Source: a bacterium
GTDB lineage: Bacteria > Zhuqueibacterota > Zhuqueibacteria > Residuimicrobiales > Krinioviventaceae
Assembly: GCA_963675755.2 (NCBI GenBank)
Contig: CAXXMD010000003.1
Coordinates: forward strand, 512,001-576,000
Direction of reading: 5' to 3'
Length of the DNA: 64,000 nt
Under the pieces are notes generated by a model. It worked only from the letters and a program-made list of their open reading frames with translations, was not told the origin of the DNA and searched no databases. Both the position numbers and the translations under genes were made by a program. Positions 48,785-58,722 of the stretch are shown in pieces (positions within the stretch are counted from its first letter, which is position 1; every line of letters starts with the position of its first letter).

Positions 48785-51592
48785 ATGTATAAAAAAGTTT
48801 TATTCATTTCTATTCTTATCTCTTGTACCTTGTGGGGTGCTGAACAAAAAGATAACAATTTCACAATATCCAACAATGGCGTAATCCAAACTGCCGACCA
48901 GACCTTTACAACCTGGCAAGACTATTATGCCTCTGACTATTTCAAACAAACCGGCAAACGCTGTCTGGTAAAATCCGTTCCCGAACAATTCCGCAGCAAT
49001 GTTATTAATAACCAATCGGACTGTTCCATGTTCAAGACTGTCATTAAAGACGAGTACTGGCCAACAGTCACCTGGATCATCCCTGTGGTTGTGCACAATA
49101 TCATGGACACTGACAGTATGGGGTATCTTGACGATGAACGCATTCAGGACCAGATCGATGTGCTGAACGAAGACTATGGCGCCATTGAAGGCACCATGGG
49201 AGAATTGGGATTCGACTCTAAAATTCGGTTCGAGCTTGTAGACATTACCCGCACAGTAAATAATGACTGGTTTAATGACAGAGATGAATTTGAATATAAA
49301 AACCAACTGGCATATGATACAGACAAATACCTGAATATTTATACCAATACTGCAAGCGGATATTTGGGTTACTCTTACTTCCCACATGAAGCAGTGGGCA
49401 GCGTATATGACGGTGTTGTGGTTTTATACGAAGCCTTTAGCGGCAGAGACGGCGGCTTTTATCCCTATGACCAGGGCCGAACTCTTACCCATGAAGTGGG
49501 TCATTATCTGGGGCTGTTCCATCCGTTTGAAGGTTATGCCTGTTATTCCGGTTATACGCATGGTGATTTGATAGAAGACACCTACCCACAATCAGAAGAA
49601 TCTTATGGCTGTACTGAAACCGAAACCTGTAACAGTCCGGACAATATTCACAATTACATGAACTATACTGATGACGCCTGCATGACCGAGTTTACGGCCG
49701 AACAATCGAATCGTATGATCTGCGCGTTGCTGTCTTATCGTCCTCAACTGGCAACCGTGGGAAATTACGCGCCGGTTATCACCTCTGTTCCGGATACGGT
49801 TGGACATGTAAACGAACTCTACCAATACACAGTCACGGCAACGGATGAAGAAAACGACGCTATTAACTTTAGCCTTGAACAAGGTCCCGAAGGTATGGAT
49901 CTTGATCCGCTTACTGGCGAACTGACCTGGCTGCCCGGTGCTCTGGATGCGGGATTGTACACTGTTACTATATTGGCCTCTGATGAGACCGGATATGACA
50001 GCCAGACCTTTAATCTATCCATCCTCCCCACAGGATTATCCATTGTTGCGGATTTTGTTGCAGATACAACCACAGGCAATATTCCTTTTGCCGTACAATT
50101 TGAGGACCGGTCACTGGGTGAAATTACGCAATGGGCCTGGGATTTTGGAGATTCCTCAACATCCGACTTGCGAAATCCCGAGCATATTTATACGGTCCCC
50201 GGTATCTATACGGTAAAACTGCGGGTAACCGGCCCCTTTGGTGCGGATTCGCTCATTCAGGAAGATTATATTACCGTACTGGGTCAGGCCCCGGTTGCCG
50301 CATTCACATCCGAAGAGATCCTCAGCGACAAGCCATTTCATGTTCAATTCACCGACCAATCCCAGGGAGAGATCACTTCGTGGTATTGGGATTTTGGCGA
50401 CAGTTCATTCAGCATCTTGCAAAATCCATTGCATGTATATACAAAACCCGGAGTATACTCGGTTGGATTAACAGTTTCCGGTCCTGCAGGTATGGATTCT
50501 CTGTACAAAGAAAATTATATCGAAATTATGGGCCCCGGTGTGATCGCCAATTTTTCTGCCGAACCGCGTATCGGTAGTGTTCCACTTGCAGTACAATTTG
50601 CGGATTCATCAACCGATAATGTTATAGCCTGGTATTGGGATTTTGGAGACGGTACAACCAGCTCTGATCAAAATCCACAGCACCTCTATACTGAAATTGG
50701 CAATTATACGGTTACATTAATCGCAATCGGTCAGACCGAATTCGATACCCTGAAAATAGAAAATTGCATCCGTGTGACCGAAGAAACACCCAGAGCCGGT
50801 TTTGCTGCCGATCCGCTTATTGGCCCCTGGCCTCTGACAGTACAATTCTCCGATTCATCAACAGGTATTGCCGATAGCTGGATCTGGGATTTTGGAGACA
50901 GTACCCTCAGCAGTCGTCATAATCCCGAACATACTTATGAACTGCCGGGTTTTTATACTGTCAGCCAGATTGTTACCGGACCCGGTGGCGCAGATACATT
51001 GAGAAAAATAAATTATATACAGGTTTTGGAAAAAGCCCCGGTTGCATGGTTTGGAGCGGGAGAAACCACAGGCATCATCCCCTTTACGGTACAGTTTAGT
51101 GATTCATCTTCCGGTATCATTACTTCATGGTACTGGGATTTTGGGGACAGCACCCACAGTGATGAACAAAATCCTGTTCACGAATATGCGCAAGTCGGTG
51201 ATTATACGGTTGCGTTAACGGTCAACGGACCGGGAGGGGCAAACACAGCCACCCGTGAGCTGTTTATCGAGGCACGCTTTCCGCTGGCGATCGATGATAG
51301 TGAGGCCATTCCCACAGAATTCAAACTGAACCAGAATTACCCCAATCCCTTTAACGCGGGTACAACCATCTCGTATCAACTGCCCAACAGTGAAGATGTT
51401 TGGCTGGGCATCTATGACATGAACGGCAAACTGGTGCGAGTACTGGAACATGGCAGACGCAATCCGGGCCATTATCAGGTGCAATGGAATGGTCTGGACA
51501 ATAATGGCATTCCGGTATCTTCGGGACTGTATATGGTACAGATTCAGGCAGGCTCACACCGGGAATATGTAAAGGCATTGATGCTGAAATAA
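48785..51592 (+). CDS. secreted M43 (pappalysin/ulilysin-like) metalloprotease with Ig domain, 5 PKD domains and T9SS-like tail
   Basis: HEVGHYLGLFH zinc motif, NYMNY Met-turn, five W.WDFGD PKD motifs, LNQNYPNPFN tail. Start at ATG 48785 after GAGG. Confidence 0.9.
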   Translation: MYKKVLFISILISCTLWGAEQKDNNFTISNNGVIQTADQTFTTWQDYYASDYFKQTGKRCLVKSVPEQFRSNVINNQSDCSMFKTVIKDEYWPTVTWIIPVVVHNIMDTDSMGYLDDERIQDQIDVLNEDYGAIEGTMGELGFDSKIRFELVDITRTVNNDWFNDRDEFEYKNQLAYDTDKYLNIYTNTASGYLGYSYFPHEAVGSVYDGVVVLYEAFSGRDGGFYPYDQGRTLTHEVGHYLGLFHPFEGYACYSGYTHGDLIEDTYPQSEESYGCTETETCNSPDNIHNYMNYTDDACMTEFTAEQSNRMICALLSYRPQLATVGNYAPVITSVPDTVGHVNELYQYTVTATDEENDAINFSLEQGPEGMDLDPLTGELTWLPGALDAGLYTVTILASDETGYDSQTFNLSILPTGLSIVADFVADTTTGNIPFAVQFEDRSLGEITQWAWDFGDSSTSDLRNPEHIYTVPGIYTVKLRVTGPFGADSLIQEDYITVLGQAPVAAFTSEEILSDKPFHVQFTDQSQGEITSWYWDFGDSSFSILQNPLHVYTKPGVYSVGLTVSGPAGMDSLYKENYIEIMGPGVIANFSAEPRIGSVPLAVQFADSSTDNVIAWYWDFGDGTTSSDQNPQHLYTEIGNYTVTLIAIGQTEFDTLKIENCIRVTEETPRAGFAADPLIGPWPLTVQFSDSSTGIADSWIWDFGDSTLSSRHNPEHTYELPGFYTVSQIVTGPGGADTLRKINYIQVLEKAPVAWFGAGETTGIIPFTVQFSDSSSGIITSWYWDFGDSTHSDEQNPVHEYAQVGDYTVALTVNGPGGANTATRELFIEARFPLAIDDSEAIPTEFKLNQNYPNPFNAGTTISYQLPNSEDVWLGIYDMNGKLVRVLEHGRRNPGHYQVQWNGLDNNGIPVSSGLYMVQIQAGSHREYVKALMLK

Positions 51593-51597
51593 AACAG

Positions 51598-53049
51598 TTA
51601 CCGCTTTGCTGCTTTTGCGATATTTTTCAACATTTGTTTGAATATAAGCGCATGAACAGGAAAAATACCGTACCAGTAAATCAATCCACCCAAACCTTTG
51701 GGATAAAAGATTGCTGTCTGATGTATGACACATCCCTTATCTTGTGGAACGACATTAAATTCAAGCCAGGCTTTGCCTGGCAGTTTCATTTCCGCATACA
51801 ATTTGAGAGAATAAGGAGCATTTACAGCTTCTACCCGCCAAAAATCCAAAGAATCTCCCGCCTGTAATGAACGTTCCGGGCGACCACGGCGCATACCTAC
51901 ACCACCTACAAGCAAATCAATAATCCCGCGAATTTTCCAAAGAATATTCCAGGCATACCAACCGTTTTCTCCACCAATCGTTTCAATGGGTGCAAAAGCC
52001 TTATCGGGAGCGACATTAACAAAAACCTCCCGATTGTCAAGCAACCGTCCTCCCATTTTAACGCCACCATAACCTGCGGCTTGATCCGATGCAGAAGAAA
52101 GTGCATCAAACCAGTGCGTTTGCGCAAAATCCATATCTTCATTTCTCAAAGCTGCAGCAATAGCTTCACTTGCAGTCATGGGTTTGATATCAAAATATTC
52201 AAAAGCGCTTTTATCCCTGACAACAGTTGGGTGTCTGATACTGTCAATCAGCTTTCGTCCAATCCGTGCATACAGTGGTGTAACAAGCCCAAGCCACAAG
52301 CTGCTCAAAAAAGGGGTTAATACCGGAACAGGTATCATCATTCTCCGCAAACCACGCTGATTTGCATATTCACGCATCAATCCGGCATATGACAAACAAT
52401 CTGCACCCCCAATTTCCAGTATCCTGCTTTTTTCCAAGGGGATGTGTATGGATTCCTCAAGATAGGATAACAGGTCCTGCACCCCAATGGGCTGTGCCAT
52501 GACATTCACCCATTTTGGCATAACCATAACCGGAATTTTCTCCGTCAAAGAGCGGATCATTTCAAATGATAAACTACCGGAGCCCAACACAATAGATGCA
52601 CGTAACTCTAATGTGGGCACCTGTGAATTTCGCAAGATATCTCCTACCTCATGCCTGCTCTTTAAATGTGGAGACAGGTCCCCACTATCATCTCCCAAGC
52701 CTCCCAGGTAAATGATGCGCTTCACACCACACTGGTGTGCGGCTATGCAGAAATTTTGTGCCGCAATACGGTCTTTTTCTTCAAATCCGGATGCAGCCCC
52801 CATCGAATGCACCATATAAAATGCGGTATCGATATCTTTTAGTGCTTGTTTTAAAGAGTCAACGTCGAAAACATCCCCACGCACAACCTCGGTTGCCCCA
52901 CTAACCCTGGTTTGCAAAAATGATGGATTTCGGGCCATACATCTCAAATGATAAGGTCCTGCTTCCAGTTTTTTCAGCAATCTGCCGCCAATATATCCCG
53001 TTGCACCTGTTAACAAGATGCTTTTATTTTCCGATTCGTTCTTTTTCAT
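51598..53049 (-). CDS. NAD(P)-binding SDR-like protein with DUF2867 C-terminus
   Basis: LTGATGYIGG, YMVHSM, GSGSLSFE, AEMKLPGKAWL. Confidence 0.88.
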   Translation of the reverse strand: MKKNESENKSILLTGATGYIGGRLLKKLEAGPYHLRCMARNPSFLQTRVSGATEVVRGDVFDVDSLKQALKDIDTAFYMVHSMGAASGFEEKDRIAAQNFCIAAHQCGVKRIIYLGGLGDDSGDLSPHLKSRHEVGDILRNSQVPTLELRASIVLGSGSLSFEMIRSLTEKIPVMVMPKWVNVMAQPIGVQDLLSYLEESIHIPLEKSRILEIGGADCLSYAGLMREYANQRGLRRMMIPVPVLTPFLSSLWLGLVTPLYARIGRKLIDSIRHPTVVRDKSAFEYFDIKPMTASEAIAAALRNEDMDFAQTHWFDALSSASDQAAGYGGVKMGGRLLDNREVFVNVAPDKAFAPIETIGGENGWYAWNILWKIRGIIDLLVGGVGMRRGRPERSLQAGDSLDFWRVEAVNAPYSLKLYAEMKLPGKAWLEFNVVPQDKGCVIHQTAIFYPKGLGGLIYWYGIFPVHALIFKQMLKNIAKAAKR

Positions 53050-53228
53050 TTTAATGTTAACATGAATATATTTTTATAAATTTCATTAATGAATGATTTA
53101 AAGCTGGGATTGAATGAATATTCACACAAGTGCGCTTGTTATGATAATCGGGAACACAAATGAACAAGGGCGGCTGCGGGGAACCATTTTTATCTAAAAA
53201 AATTACTATCTATACAAAGGAGTAACTC

Positions 53229-54209
53229 ATGCTAAAAAAGAAACTCGGCAATTCTGATCTTTTGGTTTCTCAAATAGGATTAGGAACCATGGGCATGTCT
53301 GAATTTTACGGACAAGGCGACGATGATGAATCCATCAGGGTCATTGATCTGGCATTGGAAAAAGGTATAAATTTCTTTGATACCGCAGATATGTACGGTT
53401 ACGGCCACAACGAACAACTGTTGGGTAGAGCGTTAAAAGGCAAGTTCGATCAGGTGGTGCTGGCAACAAAGTTTGGCGTTAAACGCGGTCCCAATGGAGA
53501 ATGGCTGGGATTGTCCGGCAAACCCGATTATGTCAAACAGGCCTGCGATGCCAGCCTGAAACGCCTGGGTACCAATACCATTGATCTCTATTACCTGCAC
53601 CGCGTAGATCCGGAAACGCCCATTGAAGAAACGGTCGGCGCCATGGCGGAACTGGTCAAGGAAGGCAAGGTTCGCTATCTGGGTCTCTCGGAAGTCAAGG
53701 GCGAGACATTGAAAAAAGCCAATGCAATCCACCCCATTACAGCGGTTCAGTCTGAATATTCCATCTGGACCCGCGATCTGGAAGACGCTAATCTGGATGC
53801 CTGCCGTGAGCTGGGTGTATATACCGTAGCTTATAGTCCACTGGGACGCGGATTTTTGACCGGTAAATTTCAAACCAAAGAAGACATGGCCAAGTTTGAA
53901 GCCCGTGGACTGGCGCCCCGTTTTGACGATGAAAATTTTGAGCACAATATGGGTATTGTAAGAAAAGTGGAAGAGATTGCCGCATCAAAAGGAGTAAAGC
54001 CCTCGCAGATTGCACTGGCATGGGTACTGGCAAGAGGTGAGGATGTTGTGCCTATTCCCGGCACCAAACGGGAGAAATATCTGCTTGAAAACATTGCAGC
54101 TGTGGATGTGTCACTCACATCCGACGAAATTGCCGAACTGGATAAACTCTCGGATATGGTCAGAGGTACCCGATACAGAGCTGAAAGCATGAAATCGACT
54201 TTGCGTTAA
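53229..54209 (+). CDS. aldo/keto reductase
   Basis: [34 protein letters not shown]. Confidence 0.94.
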   Translation: MLKKKLGNSDLLVSQIGLGTMGMSEFYGQGDDDESIRVIDLALEKGINFFDTADMYGYGHNEQLLGRALKGKFDQVVLATKFGVKRGPNGEWLGLSGKPDYVKQACDASLKRLGTNTIDLYYLHRVDPETPIEETVGAMAELVKEGKVRYLGLSEVKGETLKKANAIHPITAVQSEYSIWTRDLEDANLDACRELGVYTVAYSPLGRGFLTGKFQTKEDMAKFEARGLAPRFDDENFEHNMGIVRKVEEIAASKGVKPSQIALAWVLARGEDVVPIPGTKREKYLLENIAAVDVSLTSDEIAELDKLSDMVRGTRYRAESMKSTLR

Positions 54210-54220
54210 TTCCCTTAAAC

Positions 54221-54253
54221 AAATCCCCGGCAACAAGATAACCGGGGATTTTT
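54221..54253. terminator. bidirectional terminator
   Basis: aaatccccgg...ccggggatttt between convergent genes. Confidence 0.8.
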
Positions 54254-54258
54254 ACACT

Positions 54259-54594
54259 CTAATTGGGACGGATCACCTTGTCCGCGTTTGCCATAACCTG
54301 GACTGTCATATCCATGGTGCCCACACCGCCAATCAATAAATCTTCACGACGTTTATGAAAATCCAGACAGGTTCCGCAAGTTGCAATCTGCGCGCCCTTG
54401 GCCTCAAGTGCCTTTAGGCTGTCAATCACTTCGCTGCCCTCGGTGGTTAAATTAATCCCTGAATTGACACAACCAATCACATCAATTTGTACGTCTGACT
54501 TGGCCAGTTCACTCAAAAACGATTTCATCAGTTTCTTGCCCAGTTCCGGGTCCCCTTGTCCCATTTTATCAGAATTCAAATACAGAAAAGTCAT
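54259..54594 (-). CDS. DsrE-like domain protein of the YedF selenium-metabolism family
   Basis: MGQGDPELGKKLMKSFL, NSGINLT, CGTCLDF, GGVGTM. Confidence 0.8.
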   Translation of the reverse strand: MTFLYLNSDKMGQGDPELGKKLMKSFLSELAKSDVQIDVIGCVNSGINLTTEGSEVIDSLKALEAKGAQIATCGTCLDFHKRREDLLIGGVGTMDMTVQVMANADKVIRPN

Positions 54595-54688
54595 GTTATC
54601 TCTCCAAAATTTCGGTTCATCATCTTAATTGTTAATAAAAAGCACCTTTTGTACGGCCTGGTGTTGAGTGGTTTTTAAGTTAAAAAAA

Positions 54689-55093
54689 TTACTTTTCAAT
54701 CGCCAGTCTTAAAGTCAGTACAGCCATAACAACCGTTATGGGAGCAAATATCCATTGCTCAACAAAGGAATGAGCTGCCAGGTTGCCAACGGTATTGAGC
54801 AGAAAATACACAAACAATACCCAAACCGCAATATCTACAATCCGTTTCAGGATTTTGCCGCTCTTGATATAGCCTGCTTTTATCGCAATAATGAGCATGA
54901 ACAGCAGCATCACCACAAAGGCAATGACTTCTAACAGCACTACACTGTTCCCTGATGCGTCCATCCTGCCGCCCCAGACAATCGAGGATGGCACAATACC
55001 CACCAGAATCAGCACATGCAGCAGCTCAAACAATGCCATAATCCCCAACAAGATATTGGCAGCAAGCTTAAAATCCAATTTTCTCATAAACAT
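54689..55093 (-). CDS. four-TM membrane protein
   Basis: Hydrophobic segments; VWGGR and LNTVGNL motifs. Confidence 0.75.
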   Translation of the reverse strand: MFMRKLDFKLAANILLGIMALFELLHVLILVGIVPSSIVWGGRMDASGNSVVLLEVIAFVVMLLFMLIIAIKAGYIKSGKILKRIVDIAVWVLFVYFLLNTVGNLAAHSFVEQWIFAPITVVMAVLTLRLAIEK

Positions 55094-55120
55094 CTCCCCA
55101 TTTTATCAGGACCCGTTCGT

Positions 55121-56206
55121 TTATGAATGGTCCAGCAGGTATTTTAATCCGATCTCACTTAAAAAACGCCCGGGGAAAATGCCGCTCAGCGCTTTTACCC
55201 GCTCTTCCCGGTTTGCCGCACGCAGCCATTTACCCAGATCTGTAAAAGACGCGCACGCGTTTCTCAATTTCGGATTATAGATAATCTTTTCGTCTTTATC
55301 GAAATAGAGATAATTGTCGGATTTAAATCCTTTTAAATACTTTTTGCGGTTCAACAAGGGACGATAATAATGCAACAGATGCAATGTATTGTGATGATCA
55401 AGAACCAGGTTACCGCAATGAGAACAGCTCGATCCTTCAATGCGCCAGAATTTCAATTCCTTGTTCTCGTACAACTTTTCGCAATGACTGCAATGGGCTT
55501 TAACGGTTTTGTCATTCTCCACAAACAACTCTTTTTTCAATACTTTCCTGAATGCTGAAAAACCCAATGCGGTTTTTAATAAATGCAGCTGCAGTAAAAT
55601 CAATCCAATAAACAGGGCATGAAACACAAACGGCGATGCCTGATGAAACAACACACCATCATAAAATCCATGTGCCACTGCGGCAATGACTATAGATAAA
55701 ATGATCCCGCCGTGGTTCTTGTGCACTTTTTTGTGAATGTAAAAGGCGATGCCCATATATCCCGAGAATGAGATATGTCCCAGAACCGGATAAATAGAAC
55801 GCTGAAATAGAATTAAAAACGGACCGTCAAACTTGAACGCGTAAAAAATATTTTCTATAGTGGCAAATCCCAAAGCGATAGCAGTCATGTAGATAATACC
55901 ATCCACTATCTCGTTAAAGTCCCGACCAATAAACCGGAACAGAATCACCAGCGCTAAATACTTGGATACTTCTTCAATTAATCCTATTTTAAAAATAGCA
56001 TCAAACCAGTTGTATTCAACATGTACAAATTCATACAAAAACAGCGAAGTAAAGATAGAAATGAATCCGCCAAAAGCGGTCACTATCATCAATTTTAACA
56101 GGGGTTCTTTTTCATAAATATCATAACTCCTGATCTTGAGCAGGTAGAGCAAGCCCACTACCGAAGCCAGAGCAATGATCAACATGTCCTGAACGTTCAT
56201 TTGCAA
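55121..56206 (-). CDS. PrsW-family intramembrane glutamic protease with C-terminal CxxC pair
   Basis: D.YEKEP, IEEVSK, GFATIEN, H, HGFYD; CSHC...CSHC. Confidence 0.85.
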   Translation of the reverse strand: MQMNVQDMLIIALASVVGLLYLLKIRSYDIYEKEPLLKLMIVTAFGGFISIFTSLFLYEFVHVEYNWFDAIFKIGLIEEVSKYLALVILFRFIGRDFNEIVDGIIYMTAIALGFATIENIFYAFKFDGPFLILFQRSIYPVLGHISFSGYMGIAFYIHKKVHKNHGGIILSIVIAAVAHGFYDGVLFHQASPFVFHALFIGLILLQLHLLKTALGFSAFRKVLKKELFVENDKTVKAHCSHCEKLYENKELKFWRIEGSSCSHCGNLVLDHHNTLHLLHYYRPLLNRKKYLKGFKSDNYLYFDKDEKIIYNPKLRNACASFTDLGKWLRAANREERVKALSGIFPGRFLSEIGLKYLLDHS

Positions 56207-56232
56207 TTCCCTTACAGGTGAATGTCATAAAA

Positions 56233-56424
56233 CTATTTTTTGTATATTATATATTCCACAATTAACAGAAAAAGAGGAAAGGTCAAACTCAATACAATTT
56301 GTGTATCCATGCCGATAACGGCATCGCCTTTGATCTGGGACAAGGAATTGAACAGCAGAAAAACAATAGCAGCCAGCGACAAACTTTGCAGGGAACCGAA
56401 AATCCAGAATGCGGCAGATTTCAT
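56233..56424 (-). CDS. small two-TM membrane protein
   Basis: AGGAG RBS; two hydrophobic helices. Confidence 0.65.
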   Translation of the reverse strand: MKSAAFWIFGSLQSLSLAAIVFLLFNSLSQIKGDAVIGMDTQIVLSLTFPLFLLIVEYIIYKK

Positions 56425-56468
56425 TAGAAACTCCTTTTCATGAAATGATTGACCTGTTTAATAACAGA

Positions 56469-56624
56469 TCAACGTACCAGGCGATACAATACAAACAATA
56501 CGGTTAGTGATAACCACAAGTAGAATACCCTCAACCAGGGAATTTTATTCCCCTTGCCGGACCGCAGCACCACATGCAGGGCACCCAGAAAAAACAGGAT
56601 GATGATCAGAACATACGAAACCAT
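56469..56624 (-). CDS. unlisted 51-aa two-TM membrane protein
   Basis: GGAG RBS at 56632-56635; MVSYVLIIILFFLGALHVVLRSGKGNKIPWLRVFYLWLSLTVLFVLYRLVR; below the ORF-track size cutoff. Confidence 0.6.
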   Translation of the reverse strand: MVSYVLIIILFFLGALHVVLRSGKGNKIPWLRVFYLWLSLTVLFVLYRLVR

Positions 56625-56779
56625 TGACAATCTCCAACACCCAAACAGTCCCCATAATTGAATTAAAACAGCAAATCAAACATAGCAGATTTAAATGAAA
56701 AAATCAAGAATTTGCGGTAATCAGAGCAAAAAAACAGGGGATCCCTGATTTTTTCATACAATAAAAGCACTACAATATT

Positions 56780-56975
56780 GCATACCTGACGGCATGCTAA
56801 TGCTTATTTTTCACGTTTCTTCAATTATTCTGTCCCTAACGGGACATTTGGATATCATGTTAATTAATTGATATTGATTATTTTGTAATTGGCTTGTTTT
56901 ACCAAGGCCCCGTTAGGGGCCAAATAGGTGTAGTCATGAACAAACCAAAGTTATTTCGCGTGCCGTCAGGTACGC
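56780..56975. repeat. nested inverted array of four short palindromes (REP-like)
   Basis: gcatacctgacggcatgc (56780), tgtccctaacgggaca (56831), ggccccgttaggggcc (56906), gcgtgccgtcaggtacgc (56958); the outer pair and inner pair are inverted copies. Confidence 0.75.
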
Positions 56976-57098
56976 CATCTGGCAGTATGGAAAATGATTT
57001 TTATTTCAGTAAACTCGGCCAACTATTAATAAAATACACAAACACTTTAATGAATTATACCTTTTTTTCGGGGCATCCTGGGGAAAAACCTAAGCAGA

Positions 57099-57698
57099 TC
57101 AGAAAATCCGTTTTTCAACGGCTTGCGCTATATTCTCATCATCAACATTGAAATATTGGGGAACACTGGAGCCCTTTAATGAATTTTTAAAAATTTTCAA
57201 ATCCACGTCCGAGTCATCCAGCAATTCTACAACATAAAACTCGCCGGGCACATAATATTTGAACAAAGATACTTTAATATCGGGAGCGGTCCGAATAGAG
57301 CTGATCCTGCTCCACGGGATGAGCAGAGTCGGATGGCTGAACCTGAGGGGTAACAACATTTTCAATATCATTCCCTGTTCGTTCGCGCCAATCTGTAAGC
57401 AACTGTTGTAACGCATATTATTAATCCGGGCACTGGCAATTTTGAACCGGATATCCTTTATTGCCGGTAATAGGCTTATATCCAGGGCATAGCGTTTCGC
57501 AAGCCCGGCCCAGCCGCTTTGTCCGGATACGAGAAAAGCCATCAACATGCCTATTGCGATAAAAACAACCGGTATGACAAAAGGCCGGATTGTCCGTTCA
57601 AGCGGTTCAGGGACATAACCGGTGAGTTCCAGCAATAAATACACAAAAATGATTATTGCCACTATGCGCAACAAGGATTTTATCTTATTATCCATCAT
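57099..57698 (-). CDS. hypothetical membrane-anchored protein
   Basis: Two N-terminal TMs; GW..LA.RY and HP.LLIPW motifs. Confidence 0.7.
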   Translation of the reverse strand: MMDNKIKSLLRIVAIIIFVYLLLELTGYVPEPLERTIRPFVIPVVFIAIGMLMAFLVSGQSGWAGLAKRYALDISLLPAIKDIRFKIASARINNMRYNSCLQIGANEQGMILKMLLPLRFSHPTLLIPWSRISSIRTAPDIKVSLFKYYVPGEFYVVELLDDSDVDLKIFKNSLKGSSVPQYFNVDDENIAQAVEKRIF

Positions 57699-57777
57699 AT
57701 GCTTTACCAGATTCGTTCGTCTTGGTATTCCTGGTTCCGGGGCTCTTAACCTGTGAAAACTAAAAAATTGTACTTTT

Positions 57778-57949
57778 TGGAGTGCAGCGCCTTTATGCGC
57801 TGCGTCGGGCCGGAGGTCCGATTTAGATTAGACTTTATTGTCCAATTATTTATACCATAGTAACATGACAAGTTTAATATTATTATGCAAATATAGTTGA
57901 ATAGAGGCCGTCTCCGACGGCCCGCATTACATAAAGGTAATACACTCCA
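57778..57949. repeat. TGGAGT double-hairpin REP-like doublet, element C (172 bp)
   Basis: Units at 57778-57821 (+) and 57906-57949 (-); same two end types as element A, in the opposite orientation. Confidence 0.8.
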
Positions 57950-58084
57950 CACCATTTTGACTTGTCTCAATCTCAACAAAATTTTTATTTTCAAAATTAA
58001 ATCATTTTCACACAGTCTGTCAGCCCTGGAACCAACAAGAAATACACGTGTCTAGGCAGAGCCAGGATACGAGATAATACCTGT

Positions 58085-58669
58085 TTATACTACTTTTATC
58101 ATAGGTTCAATTATATTCTCTTTTACAGTAATCTTTTCTTTATTTCGTTTTAACTTGAAATCCCAAATTGAAATCACAATTGGAATTATTGGAAATAATA
58201 AACATCCATAATCATCCAGATAATTTTGCTCAATAGGACACGCTATAACCTTGTCACCTTGCTGCCAAACGCAATCTGTTTTGTGTTTTTGACTATCATA
58301 TAAAGTTGTACGTTCTATCCAACCATGATACAATGGAATATTTATCCACTCATCAACATCTTTAACATTCTTGAGATTGAAAGCTGACCCTACACCGTCA
58401 AAACCGTATTTATTAGCTTGATTATTACGTCTCAATTTAGGTGAATCCGGATGATTAAAATAAACATCAAAGATTTCCAGGTAATGGAACAAAATAAAAA
58501 TGATCTCTGTTTTGCATTTTTTATCTTTTAATGTAATCCGGTAACTAATCAAACGTATTATTTCTTTGTCAAACAACTCGATGCTAAAAATATTTTCATT
58601 ACCAAACTTGTAATGAAAATAATCCATCCAATTCTCAAATTTTTGACCATTAAAGATAACAGCACTCAT
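58085..58669 (-). CDS. hypothetical protein, AT-rich
   Basis: 194-aa ORF with AGGA RBS; no family recognised. Confidence 0.6.
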   Translation of the reverse strand: MSAVIFNGQKFENWMDYFHYKFGNENIFSIELFDKEIIRLISYRITLKDKKCKTEIIFILFHYLEIFDVYFNHPDSPKLRRNNQANKYGFDGVGSAFNLKNVKDVDEWINIPLYHGWIERTTLYDSQKHKTDCVWQQGDKVIACPIEQNYLDDYGCLLFPIIPIVISIWDFKLKRNKEKITVKENIIEPMIKVV

Positions 58670-58722
58670 TTTAAAGTCCTACAATGTCTTTTAAAACATT
58701 AATCTTGGTGCAATAAATGACA

